A stretch of 62,897 nucleotides of DNA, the filler included, from a bacterium (GTDB lineage: Bacteria > UBA9089 > CG2-30-40-21 > SBAY01), in NCBI GenBank assembly GCA_040757115.1. It is 4 parts of 4 records of this genome, joined end to end, with 100 filler letters (N's around TTAATTAATTAA, not from the genome) between each part and the next. Parts side by side here need not be neighbours in the genome. Positions count along the whole stretch, not along the records: positions 47,406 to 62,897 come from JBFLYA010000084.1; 3 more parts are not named here. One strand, written 5' to 3'. Made by a program: the position numbers and the translations under genes. Positions 51,811 through 61,690 of this stretch are shown piece by piece; the first letter of the stretch is position 1, and each line of letters begins with the position of its first letter. A model generated the notes under the pieces. That model did no database searches, had not been told where the DNA came from, and worked only from the letters and a program-made list of their open reading frames with translations.

Positions 51811-52131
51811 GCCTAACGGGGTGCGGATGAGCGAAGTGCCCCGAAGGGGCATTTTGGTTTCAGCCCCGACCCGCAAGCGCGACCCACTTCGTGGGTGCCC
51901 CACCGCCGCCGCTGATAGCCGAAGTGACGCAGAGCCACTTCCGATTTCAAGAAAAAACTTCCGGACTACATCTGGCTGAAGCTCTTCGCTCATCCGCACC
52001 CCGATAACCAAAATGCGAACCCCAAAGGGGTTTAATCTCTGCGTCATTTTGGTTATCGGGTTGCGTGTTTACGACATTGCGACCAAAGGGAGAAATGTGG
52101 TTTTAACCCTTGCGTAAACATGTTGTTAGAC
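51811..52131 (-). mobile_element. Long composite attC-like site
   Basis: GCCTAAC (51811) to GTTAGAC (52131) with three internal hairpins; first ~60 bp nearly identical to the site at 52924. Confidence 0.65.
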
Positions 52132-52553
52132 GCTGTTGGTCGCTTCCTCATTTAATCCATTGGTAAAACTAATCTTATTTAAAACAAATTCTTTTACCTT
52201 TTTTGCTATTTCATATGCTTCTTTTACATCCTCTTGTGTTGGTTCAAACCAATCATCAGGATAACGAATCTCTACAGCATAATCTTCTAACTTTTCAACC
52301 ATCTCATAAATTCCCTCGGATATCTCTTCTTTTTCACCTATCAAATCTAACAAATAGCTTAAACTATGTTTTTTCTCAAATTTAATATCTAAAAATACCA
52401 GGTAGGCTTTTAAGTATTTTTCAACTGTTTGTTGGCAATGGAAACATATAGAATCTGTAATTCGGGCTTATTTTCTAAGGCTAATTCTGCCATCCCTAAA
52501 TCGTGCTCTGCCTTACCAATCCATTCTTTAATCAGTAGAGTTATATTATCCAT
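52126..52553 (-). pseudogene. HEPN domain protein, frameshifted
   Basis: MDNITLLIKEWIGKAEHDL...ENKPE, frameshift near 52460, then TDSICFHCQQTVEKYLKAYL...YAVEIRYP. Confidence 0.8.
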
Positions 52554-52860
52554 AGATAACCTTTCCTTTCTCCATAACAGTTGTTATAAAAGCTGGTTTA
52601 ACATCGCTCCATTTCTGAATTTCCTCTTTAGTATATACCAGTAAATCAATGGCAATTTTTAAGCCCCTAAGATACTTTCGGATTTCTCTTCCTCTCTTAT
52701 ACCTTGGAAGATTACTTTCCTTAATTATCAATATATCTAAATCACTATCTTTTGTGGGATTTCCAGAGGCATAAGAGCCAAAAAGAATTATTTTTTCCGG
52801 CTTGATATTCTCTACAATCCTTCTTTTAACCTCATCTATCTGTTCTTGGGTTACTATCAA
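52546..52860 (-). CDS. Minimal nucleotidyltransferase (MNT), gene cassette
   Basis: IILFGSYASG...SDLDILII, IDLLVYT. Confidence 0.9.
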   Translation of the reverse strand: MIVTQEQIDEVKRRIVENIKPEKIILFGSYASGNPTKDSDLDILIIKESNLPRYKRGREIRKYLRGLKIAIDLLVYTKEEIQKWSDVKPAFITTVMEKGKVIYG

Positions 52861-52923
52861 TTTAACGCCCCCTTTTATTTTTACTAATTACATTCTTTCT
52901 TCCTTATTTAAGCGACCAATGGC

Positions 52924-53038
52924 GTCTAACGGGGTGCGGATGAGCGAAGTGCCCCGAAGGGGCATTTTGGTTTCAGCCCCGACCCGCAAAATGCGAACCC
53001 GAAGGGATTCGAGCTCTGCGTCATTTTGTCGGTTAGGC
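52924..53038 (-). mobile_element. Integron attC site
   Basis: GTCTAAC...GTTAGGC, 115 bp, GC-rich hairpins in AT-rich context. Confidence 0.7.
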
Positions 53039-53156
53039 TAAGAGAAGTGCGATAGCATTTGGATGTCAATCTTTTAGCTTGTGTTATCTGCCGTTGGCAG
53101 GCATTCCTCTCAAATAAACAAGTAAATTTCAATATTCAAGGTCTGATTCCACTCCT

Positions 53157-54641
53157 TTACGGCGTGAAGGTGAAGGTTTCGATGTCGGTCGTTAAGTGGT
53201 CGCCAGTGATGGGATGGAGTAGTCTGCCCAGAACTTCATATAGCCCTGCTGGCTCACTACCAGTAAAGGTGTAGGTAAGAAGATTTAATGGACCAATCCC
53301 TCCTGCAGGAATAGTAATATTATACATATTTATCAACGAAATATAGTCACCCGTAGGTAACTTTATACAAACCTTTGCATCCACCGTTGTAGCAGAACCT
53401 GGATTATCTACCCTGACATCTATCCTTGCCGTATCTCCGGTGGTAAATGTGTCCTGGTTTAAGATAATATCAATAGCAAATGATGGGGAAAATGTCCCTC
53501 TTTTATAATAAATCTCAGCATTTCCATCTCGAGTATCGTGCCAAACGATATGTATCCCATTTGCATCTGAGATAATCGCCGGATGATCAGACCAACCTGA
53601 ATCATAAGTCAACCGCACATCCGCTCCCCAGATATTTCCTCCGTCCTGACTACGCTTATAATAAATCTCATAATTTCCATCTCGATAATCAACCCAAACG
53701 ATATGTATCCCGTGTGCATCTGAGGTAATCGCCGGCCACCAAGAACCAGCTGAATTATCAGTCAATTGGACATCAGGTCCCCAGGTATTTCCTCCATCCT
53801 GACTACGCTTATAATAAATCTCAGAATTTCTATCTCGCTCATCATACCAAACGATATGTATCCCGTGTGCATTTGAGGTAATCGCCGGATAGTGAGAATA
53901 ACTTGGATCATTAGTCAACCGCACATCCGGTCCCCAGGTATTTCCTCCATCCTGACTACGCTTATAATAAATCTCCCAATTTCCATCTCGATAATCCATC
54001 CAAACGATATGTATCCCGTGTGCATCTGAGGTAATCGCCGCCGGATGCCAAGACAAACGTGAAGCATTAGTCAACCGCACATCCGGTCCCCAAGTATCTC
54101 CTCCATCCTGACTACGCTTATAATAAATCTCAGAATCTCGCCAATCCTCCCAAACGATATGTATCCCGTATGCATCTGAGGTAATCGCAGGATACTGAGA
54201 ATAACTTGGATCATAAGTCAACCGCACATCCGGTCCCCAGGTATCTCCTCCATCCTGACTACGCTTATAATAAATCTCCCAATTTCCATCTCGATAATCA
54301 TGCCAAACGATATGTAACCCGTGTGCATCTGAGGTAATCGCCGGATTCCCAGACAAACTTGAATCATAAGTCAACCGCACATCTGGTCCCCAGGTATTTC
54401 CTCCATCCTGACTACGCTTATAATAAATCTCAGCATTTCCATCTCGCCAATCATACCAAACGATATGTATCCCATTTGCATCTGAGGTAATCGCTGGCTC
54501 ATAAGACTCCTTTAAAGCATAAGTCAACCGCACATCCGGTCCCCAGACAGGTTCATCAGCTAAGCATAGATTTGTAACTGAAAATAGTCCTATCACCAAC
54601 ACCCATAATTTTAACCCTTTGTTTTTCTTTAAGATTTTCAT
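53157..54641 (-). CDS. Secreted Asp-box (BNR) repeat beta-propeller protein
   Basis: Signal peptide; seven ~51-aa repeats with SQDGGxTW; Ig-like C-terminal domain. Confidence 0.88.
   Translation of the reverse strand: MKILKKNKGLKLWVLVIGLFSVTNLCLADEPVWGPDVRLTYALKESYEPAITSDANGIHIVWYDWRDGNAEIYYKRSQDGGNTWGPDVRLTYDSSLSGNPAITSDAHGLHIVWHDYRDGNWEIYYKRSQDGGDTWGPDVRLTYDPSYSQYPAITSDAYGIHIVWEDWRDSEIYYKRSQDGGDTWGPDVRLTNASRLSWHPAAITSDAHGIHIVWMDYRDGNWEIYYKRSQDGGNTWGPDVRLTNDPSYSHYPAITSNAHGIHIVWYDERDRNSEIYYKRSQDGGNTWGPDVQLTDNSAGSWWPAITSDAHGIHIVWVDYRDGNYEIYYKRSQDGGNIWGADVRLTYDSGWSDHPAIISDANGIHIVWHDTRDGNAEIYYKRGTFSPSFAIDIILNQDTFTTGDTARIDVRVDNPGSATTVDAKVCIKLPTGDYISLINMYNITIPAGGIGPLNLLTYTFTGSEPAGLYEVLGRLLHPITGDHLTTDIETFTFTP
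53500..54546 (-). repeat. 153-bp coding tandem repeat, 7 units
   Basis: GGTCCCCAG and CCTGACTACGCTTATAATAAATCTC recur at ~153-bp spacing. Confidence 0.9.
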
Positions 54642-54737
54642 TGAGATATACCTCCTTATTGATTTTTGATTGCCGATTTTAGATTGGTCAGGGTTGTTTT
54701 CAATCTAAAATCACAAATCTAAAAATTCTGCTTGTTT

Positions 54738-55100
54738 CTATTTTAAGCGAACAGCAGGGAGACGCTTCAATCGTTGATTTTGTGGATCAACTTCAATTCC
54801 AACGGATTCTAAAGCTGTTACACCAAGAATTGGCTCTACATCATCCTTCCCAAAGATTACTGTTGTCCATACAATTTCACCCATAAACTCAAACTGTCCT
54901 CCACCAATATCCATTGCTACCTCTGTTCCATCAGCCAATTCATATGTTCTCTTACCTCTTGGTTCAATCCCAATTTCCCGTAAGTGCTTACCTGGTACCA
55001 TACAATCAATAGCACCTGTATCTACAAGAAATAATCCTTCCCATCGTCGTTCTGGGTCAGCAGGATTACTTACAGTTACTGTTACTTGTGTCATTCCCAT
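54738..55100 (-). CDS. Clan AA aspartic protease
   Basis: FLVDTGA, YELADG, PILGVTALES. Confidence 0.9.
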   Translation of the reverse strand: MGMTQVTVTVSNPADPERRWEGLFLVDTGAIDCMVPGKHLREIGIEPRGKRTYELADGTEVAMDIGGGQFEFMGEIVWTTVIFGKDDVEPILGVTALESVGIEVDPQNQRLKRLPAVRLK

Positions 55101-55279
55101 CTTTTGTCACCTCCTCTTACATTGAACGCTCTTAGATAAAATCAGAATATCATAATTGTTGTTATTTTGTCAAGGAAAATTTTTGAAATAAAGGGAAATT
55201 GGGAAAATTGGGAAAAATGGGGGGAAAATTATTTATTTCTCTTCTTTTCCATCTTTCCCCCTTTCCCATTTTTCCTTAT

Positions 55280-58200
55280 TTACACCTGATTGTTGCCGTT
55301 GACTAACTTTACGGATAAAAGTTTTGACACGCCGGGTGTTTCCATTGTGATGCCATAGAGGGTAGAAACATTGCTGATGGTTAATTTATTGTGGGTGATA
55401 ATCAGAAATTGTGTCTTTTGAGAAAAGGACTTGAGTAATTTGTTAAACCGAAGAATATTCGCCTCATCTAAAGCCGCATCTACTTCGTCTAAGACACAAA
55501 AAGGACTTGGTTTATGCAGGAATATGGCAAATAATAGACAGATAGAAACTAATGCCTTTTCACCTCCAGATAAAAGTGACATACTTTGCAGGCGTTTGCC
55601 GGGTGGTTGAACATTTATCTCTATCCCCACTTCTTCTGAAGAAGCACCATTGGTTAATCTTAAAGTGCCCATTCCTCCTTCAAATAAACTCTTAACAATC
55701 TCTTCAAAATTGGCTTTAATTTGAGAAAATGTTTTATCAAATAGTTCCTGTGATGTTGTATCGATTTGCTGAATCAAGTTTTGTAAATCCTGTTTGGCAT
55801 TAATTAAGTCCTCACGCTGGGAATTTAAGAATTCAAATCGCTTGTTTATCTCCTCATATTCTGCTGGCGCCATCAAATTTACCTCTTTATATGCCTCTAA
55901 TTTTTGCCTGGATTTCTCTATCTCTTCTAATAGTTCCTGTTTAGATATGGTCATATTCGGTTCTTTATCCGGTGAAAGAGAGAATTTATATTCTTGTAAT
56001 AAATGGTTAGTGATATTTTCCATCTTTAATTTATGTTCTGTAGATTGTAGTTCAATCTGATGCAAACTATTTTTTGTATCATTTTCCTTCTGCTGGGTAG
56101 TTTTAATCTCTTCTTCTATATTTAAAATAGCCTGCTGTAACAATTGGTCTTCATCCTGAAGTTTATTTAAGATTATATCCCCTTCTTCTTTCTCTTTAAT
56201 CCTGTCTTCAATCTCTTTTTCGTAATCAATTTCCCTTTTTGTCTCTCGCTCTTTTTCCTTCAGTAGCCAATTTGTCTCTTCATTTAATCTATCTATTTCC
56301 TTTTCTAAATCTTTTAGACTATCCTTCAACCTATTTATCTGCAGGGTCAGACTCTCTTCGAGTTGTGTCAATTGAGCAAACTTGACCCTGATTTGAGTTA
56401 CAGTGGTCATTTTATCCTTTAAGATGGCTTCTTTTGTCTTGACTTCTTGAACAAGTGTAGAAATAAACGATTCATTCTGAACATTGGTAGTATTTTTAGT
56501 CTCCTCTTCACTTTTTAGTTCTTTAATCTTCTCATTTAGTTCAATCAGTTCTTGATGCAAATTGCTCTTTTCCTCTTTTAATGAAGTCAGTTGTCTTAAA
56601 TTTTCTTCTTTAATTTCACCTGTTTGAGAAAAATCGCGTTTTAAATTAGAGACGATAATTTCTTGTGAATGAATATTTACCTGGAGATTAGTCAAATCAA
56701 GATGTATGGATGATAATTCAGACTGCTCTTTTAATCTCTTTTCCTCTAACCCTTTCAATTGAATATCAAGATTACTTAGCCTTTTAGTCAATTCCATAAT
56801 CTGTTTTTTGCGATTGATTAAACTTTCGCCTGAAATTTTAGGTAATCCGCCTTGAATAATGCCATTAGAGTCTATCAACTCGCCGTCTAAGGTTGCTATT
56901 CGAAGATGCTGTGATGAGTTTTTAATAATTTTAGTGGCAGTAGGTAGGTCTTTGGCAACTAATACATTTCCCAAAAGATACTCAAAGGCAGGTTGAAATT
57001 TTTTATCATAATTGATTAGCTCCAATGCCCAGCCAATTACACCTTCTGAATTAAATGATTTCCGGGAAATGGTAGGGGATTTAACTGCGGATAACGGAAT
57101 AAAGGTAACTCGTTGTGCTTTTTTCTCTTTAAGAAATGGGATTATTTGTTCTGCCTGAGTAGTGGTGTTAAGGATTACTGCTTGAATATTTTCTCCCAGA
57201 CTTACCTCGATTGCCTTTTCGAATCTATGGTCAAAATCTATCAAATCAACCACAACCCCTGCAATTTCAGGGAGTAGGTTATTTGAAGTAAGAATTGTTT
57301 TGACCCCGGGTAAGTAACCATCTAATTTTTTCTGTAATTCCTGCAAAGTAGATAATCTGCCAGATATAACCTTCATCTCTTCACGCAGTGTATTTATCTG
57401 TGAATCAGTTTTATTCACTTCTTGAGTTGTTATCTCTTTTTTAGATTGTGCTTGAGCCAACCTTTTCTTCAGATTAATTATTTTATTCTCTTCTTCGTCT
57501 ATCTGTTTTTTTAGTTTATCCAGGTTTTTTTCAATAGTCTCTTTTTTAAAGGTAGTCTTTTCTTCTTCCTCCATTAGTCGTTGCATCCTGAGTTTTATAT
57601 TCTTTTGTTCTATTTGTGCTTGACTTAACTGATTGCGTATATGGGCAAGTTGATTTAAAAAGTCAATCATTTCAATCTTTGCCTCTTCTAATTGAGTAGT
57701 TTTTTTCTCTTTTTCTTGTTCTAATTCAGACAGAATAGTTTCTTGTTGGGTTAAATTTTGTAGGGTTTGTTCTAATTCTTTTAATGCCTCCTCTTTATTT
57801 TTTTCTTCGGTAGTAATTTCCTTAGTTAAATTATCAATCTTGTCTTTTGAGGACTTGATTTCCGTATCAATCCGAGCCAATTGTGAATCGATATTAGCCT
57901 CTTTCTCTTTCTGTTGTAAAAGTTGGCCATTTATCCTTTGAATCTCCTGGGCTAAATTAAAGATAATCGGTTGAAGATTTTTTATTTCTTCTTCTTTGTT
58001 CTTAACCTGGAGTTTTTTATCTGTGAGCAAGGAATTTAGCCGGGTTAAATTAGAGTTTATCTGTTTAGAGTCTCTTGCGATTCGTTCATATTCTTTTGAA
58101 CAGGCATCGTAGGCGGCATTTAAAATTCTATATTCGTCTTCGAACAGGGTTATTTCCAGGTTTTGGAGTTGCGTTTTAATTTCAAGATAGCGTTGTGCTT

Positions 58201-58834
58201 TTTTTGCCTGGCGATAGAGTGAATCTCTTTGTCTGGAAATTTCTGTTAGCAGGTCGTCAATTCTAATAAGATTTTGAGAAGTAAGTTGTAATTTAGAGAT
58301 TGCCTCTTGTTTTTTAACCTTGTATTTGGCAATCCCTGCCGCCTCTTCAAATATTGCTCTTCGGTCTGCCGCTTTAGAATTAACCACAAAATCTACCTTA
58401 TTTTGTTCAATCAAAGAATAAGCCGCATGCCCTAATCCGGTATCTAAAAATAATTGGGTAATGTCTTTTAGTCGGCAAGGGGCTTTATTTAATAGATATT
58501 CACTTTCACCAGACCGAAATAATCTGCGGGTGATGGAGACCTCATTAAATTCAATGGGTAGGATTTTCGTGGAATTTTCGATGGCAAGAGATACCTCAGC
58601 CACACCAAGTGGTTTTTGTTGTTCACTGCCATTGAAGATGACATTGGTCATTGACTTAGAGCGTAAAAGATAGGGGTTTTGTTCACCCAGAACCCAGCGG
58701 ATGGCTTCGTAAATATTACTTTTGCCGCAACCATTAGGACCAACAATGGCAGTTAGACTGTCGCGAAATTCAAATGATGTTTTTTCTGCAAAGGATTTAA
58801 AGCCAAACAGGGTTAGCTTTTTTAGAAAAGGCAT
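55280..58834 (-). CDS. smc: Chromosome segregation protein SMC
   Basis: GFKSF, GPNGCGKSN, hinge, coiled coils, LSGGEK, LDEVDAALD. Confidence 0.98.
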   Translation of the reverse strand: MPFLKKLTLFGFKSFAEKTSFEFRDSLTAIVGPNGCGKSNIYEAIRWVLGEQNPYLLRSKSMTNVIFNGSEQQKPLGVAEVSLAIENSTKILPIEFNEVSITRRLFRSGESEYLLNKAPCRLKDITQLFLDTGLGHAAYSLIEQNKVDFVVNSKAADRRAIFEEAAGIAKYKVKKQEAISKLQLTSQNLIRIDDLLTEISRQRDSLYRQAKKAQRYLEIKTQLQNLEITLFEDEYRILNAAYDACSKEYERIARDSKQINSNLTRLNSLLTDKKLQVKNKEEEIKNLQPIIFNLAQEIQRINGQLLQQKEKEANIDSQLARIDTEIKSSKDKIDNLTKEITTEEKNKEEALKELEQTLQNLTQQETILSELEQEKEKKTTQLEEAKIEMIDFLNQLAHIRNQLSQAQIEQKNIKLRMQRLMEEEEKTTFKKETIEKNLDKLKKQIDEEENKIINLKKRLAQAQSKKEITTQEVNKTDSQINTLREEMKVISGRLSTLQELQKKLDGYLPGVKTILTSNNLLPEIAGVVVDLIDFDHRFEKAIEVSLGENIQAVILNTTTQAEQIIPFLKEKKAQRVTFIPLSAVKSPTISRKSFNSEGVIGWALELINYDKKFQPAFEYLLGNVLVAKDLPTATKIIKNSSQHLRIATLDGELIDSNGIIQGGLPKISGESLINRKKQIMELTKRLSNLDIQLKGLEEKRLKEQSELSSIHLDLTNLQVNIHSQEIIVSNLKRDFSQTGEIKEENLRQLTSLKEEKSNLHQELIELNEKIKELKSEEETKNTTNVQNESFISTLVQEVKTKEAILKDKMTTVTQIRVKFAQLTQLEESLTLQINRLKDSLKDLEKEIDRLNEETNWLLKEKERETKREIDYEKEIEDRIKEKEEGDIILNKLQDEDQLLQQAILNIEEEIKTTQQKENDTKNSLHQIELQSTEHKLKMENITNHLLQEYKFSLSPDKEPNMTISKQELLEEIEKSRQKLEAYKEVNLMAPAEYEEINKRFEFLNSQREDLINAKQDLQNLIQQIDTTSQELFDKTFSQIKANFEEIVKSLFEGGMGTLRLTNGASSEEVGIEINVQPPGKRLQSMSLLSGGEKALVSICLLFAIFLHKPSPFCVLDEVDAALDEANILRFNKLLKSFSQKTQFLIITHNKLTISNVSTLYGITMETPGVSKLLSVKLVNGNNQV

Positions 58835-58864
58835 TAATTTCTCCCCTCCCTATTTTTGGTAAAT

Positions 58865-59220
58865 TAGAGTTCTGCAAAACTAAGAAACTGGAGTTTTTAA
58901 ATGGGTATTTAAAACCTCTATTTTTATCAATTTCCTCCAAAGAGCAAAATGCAAAACTCGTTTATAGTTTATGGTTTATAGTTTATAGTGTATAGTTTAT
59001 AGTTTATAGTGTATAGTCCTTCAACTATCAACTATAAACTATCAACTATAAACTATCTTTGCCAAAGTTCAGTAAAATTATCTCTTTCCTTTCAGCGTTA
59101 AAATACTTGAAGTCCTTTTTGAAATTTGATTTGTAATTTTGCATTTTGATATTTATATTTGATATTTGATATTTGATATTTATTTATTGTCTCCCCCAAA
59201 TCCTATTTTGCAAAACACTA
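58865..59220. mobile_element. MITE-like element in the smc leader
   Basis: TAGAGTTCTGCAAAA...TTTTGCAAAACACTA; homologous to 41505-41822. Confidence 0.8.
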
Positions 59221-59255
59221 TTGGTAACTAATTAATTACCAGTTACCACTTTTGA

Positions 59256-59284
59256 ATTATACCCTTAAATTTCTATCCTGTCAA
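59256..59284 (-). promoter_or_regulatory. Consensus sigma70 promoter for smc
   Basis: TTGACA-17 bp-TATAAT on the minus strand. Confidence 0.7.
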
Positions 59285-59342
59285 GGAAAAAAATTGTTGA
59301 CAAGTTAAATATCAAAGTGATATGATATAAGTTGCAATTCAA

Positions 59343-60293
59343 ATGGATGAAAAGTTGTTAGAAATAAAAGAGTTAAAGGTCTCCTTTTTTATTGATAAAA
59401 GAGAGTTACCAACGATAGATGGTGTCAATCTTTGCATAGATAAAGGTAAAACCATAGGGTTAGTTGGTGAATCAGGATGTGGAAAATCATTAACGGCTTT
59501 TTCGATACTTCGACTCCTTCCTGAGCAGGCAGAAATTGTTGGAGGCGAGATTAACTTTGAAGGAGTAGATTTATTAAAATATTCTAAGACACAAATTCGA
59601 GATATTCGAGGCAGGAGAATATCAATGATATTCCAGAACCCGTCTTCATCTCTAAATCCTGTTTTTACTATCGGTAATCAGATAGCTGAAGCAATCCATT
59701 TACCTTATCGAGAGGCAGAAGAAAGGGTCAAAGGACTACTAAAGTTAGTTGGTTTGCCTGCGGTTGAAAGGCACTTTCCCCATCAACTAAGTGGCGGGAT
59801 GAATCAACGGGTGATGATTGCGATGGCGATAGCTTCCAATCCAGCAATTCTAATTGCAGACGAGCCAACGACGGCTTTAGATGTAACGATTCAAACACAA
59901 ATTCTGGCGCTGTTAAAAAATCTACAAAGCAAATTAAATATGTCCATATTATTAATTACGCATGATTTAAGTATTGTAGCTCAAATGACTGATGTGGTGA
60001 CGATTATGTATGCCGGTAAGATAGTTGAAGAGGCAACCACAAATGAACTTTTTACCCAGCCAGTTCATCCTTATACGAAAGCACTTTTAGATTGTATTCC
60101 GAAACTTGAGAAAAAAACTGAGCGATTACCTTATATCCCGGGGAGTGTTCCAGATAGTTTTACTTCAATTAGTGGCTGTAGATTTCATCCCCGATGTCAA
60201 TCTGCGAGTTCAAAATGTGTTCTCGAGGAACCACCAATGAAGCAAATAGATGATACTCATAGGGTTAGATGCTGGAAATATTCAAGAAATTAA
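59343..60293 (+). CDS. Oligopeptide/dipeptide ABC transporter ATP-binding protein (OppD/DppD-like)
   Basis: GESGCGKS, PHQLSGGMNQR, ADEPTTALD, HPYT, GCRFHPRC. Confidence 0.95.
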   Translation: MDEKLLEIKELKVSFFIDKRELPTIDGVNLCIDKGKTIGLVGESGCGKSLTAFSILRLLPEQAEIVGGEINFEGVDLLKYSKTQIRDIRGRRISMIFQNPSSSLNPVFTIGNQIAEAIHLPYREAEERVKGLLKLVGLPAVERHFPHQLSGGMNQRVMIAMAIASNPAILIADEPTTALDVTIQTQILALLKNLQSKLNMSILLITHDLSIVAQMTDVVTIMYAGKIVEEATTNELFTQPVHPYTKALLDCIPKLEKKTERLPYIPGSVPDSFTSISGCRFHPRCQSASSKCVLEEPPMKQIDDTHRVRCWKYSRN

Positions 60294-60323
60294 ACAGGGC
60301 GTGAAAGCCCAATTTCTAATTTC

Positions 60324-60481
60324 GTAAGCATTCAGCCATCAGGTATCAGCAATCAGTTAACATCCAGGAAATCAGGATAGTAACAAATCCTACAATTTTG
60401 CGTAAAGGGTGTCTATGTGTCTGGTAGTCTATGTAACCCAGACACTTAGACACCCAGATACCAGACTACCTGAACGGTTAC
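60324..60481. mobile_element. GTAA-TIR MITE-like element
   Basis: GTAAGCATTCAG...CTGAACGGTTAC with an exact 8-bp duplication CTAATTTC. Confidence 0.75.
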
Positions 60482-60577
60482 CTAATTTCAACCTTTTCTA
60501 TGGTTAATCTTAACATTATTCAATTACGAAGTCTCTCGGATAAAAATTCCCCTCTTGAGAGGGGGAAGGGGTGTGTT

Positions 60578-60945
60578 TTTCTGGTGGTGTCTTAATCTAG
60601 CATAAAGGTTAAAATAGTGTATAGGGTTCTGCAAAATAGGATTTGAGGGAGACAACAAATAAATATCAAATATCAAATATTAAATATCAAATATAAATAT
60701 CAAAATGCAAAATTACAAATCAAATTTCAAAGAGGAAGTAACAGGGTTTCTCAAAGAGTTGGAGGAATTTGGTAATATCTTTGCTTCAAGTATTTTAACG
60801 CTGAAAGGAAAGAGATAATTTTACATTTTGATATGTAATTTTTATATTTGCTTTTTGCATTTTGCTCTTTGGAGGAAATCCCTTTTGGACACCAAATCTG
60901 CATAGATTTCACTATTAGAGTTATTTTCAGACACCACCGGAAAAT
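60578..60945. mobile_element. Nested repeat element (GGTGGTGTC...GACACCACC) with a four-helix-bundle gene remnant
   Basis: Inverted ends shared with 30633-30818; internal EEVTGFLKELEEFGNIFASSILTLKGKR* between AAATATC/CAAAAT repeat arrays. Confidence 0.65.
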
Positions 60946-61009
60946 CTAATAAAATCAACGGTAAATTCTATCCGAGAGCGTTCTGATAGGCATAGGAGGT
61001 TATAAATAT

Positions 61010-61645
61010 ATGCGGTTACTTGCATTAGCGGATATTCATAATCAACGGAAGGTGTTAAGTTCACTTCAGAAGATATTAGAGCAAAAATGGGACTGGGTGC
61101 TGATTGCCGGGGATATTACCAACAGAGGGGATACTGCCTTTGTTGAGGATTTGTTTGATATTTTACCGCTTCAGACATTAGCCGTCCACGGCAATATGGA
61201 TACCACGGATGTCATAAAATTACTTGAAGAAAAAAGAATCACTGTTCATGGTAAAAGAAAGGAGCTTGGTGAATATAATATTGTCGGGTTTGGCGGAAGT
61301 AATCCTACGCCAGCAGATACCCCCACAGAATACTCAGAAAATAAAATAGAAGATGAGTTAAGTCAATTAGAGATTAATCATCAAACTATTCTCTTGACCC
61401 ATACCCCACCGTTTAATTCAGGATTGGACGAAGTTGGCCCGGGCTTTAAGGTAGGGAGCAGGACAATTAGAGAAATTATTGATACCAGACAACCTTGTTT
61501 GAATATCTGCGGCCATATCCATGAACAAGAAGGAAAAAGGATGTTAGGGAGAACTCTTGTGATTAAATTAGCCCCGGCGATGCACGGTCGAGCCGCAGAA
61601 ATAAATATTGATAATAACATAGAAGTTAGATTTTTTGACTTTTAA
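61010..61645 (+). CDS. Metallophosphoesterase (calcineurin-like)
   Basis: ADIH, AGDIT, HGNMD, THTPP, CGHIHE. Confidence 0.93.
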   Translation: MRLLALADIHNQRKVLSSLQKILEQKWDWVLIAGDITNRGDTAFVEDLFDILPLQTLAVHGNMDTTDVIKLLEEKRITVHGKRKELGEYNIVGFGGSNPTPADTPTEYSENKIEDELSQLEINHQTILLTHTPPFNSGLDEVGPGFKVGSRTIREIIDTRQPCLNICGHIHEQEGKRMLGRTLVIKLAPAMHGRAAEINIDNNIEVRFFDF

Positions 61646-61690
61646 TAGAACGGTAGCCACTTTACACTCCGGAAACGGGATTTTTGAAAG

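Noticed and set aside
51796-53132. Short ORFs 51796-52047, 52802-53041 and 52926-53132
   Set aside because: They run through GC-rich attC palindromes and have no protein-like features
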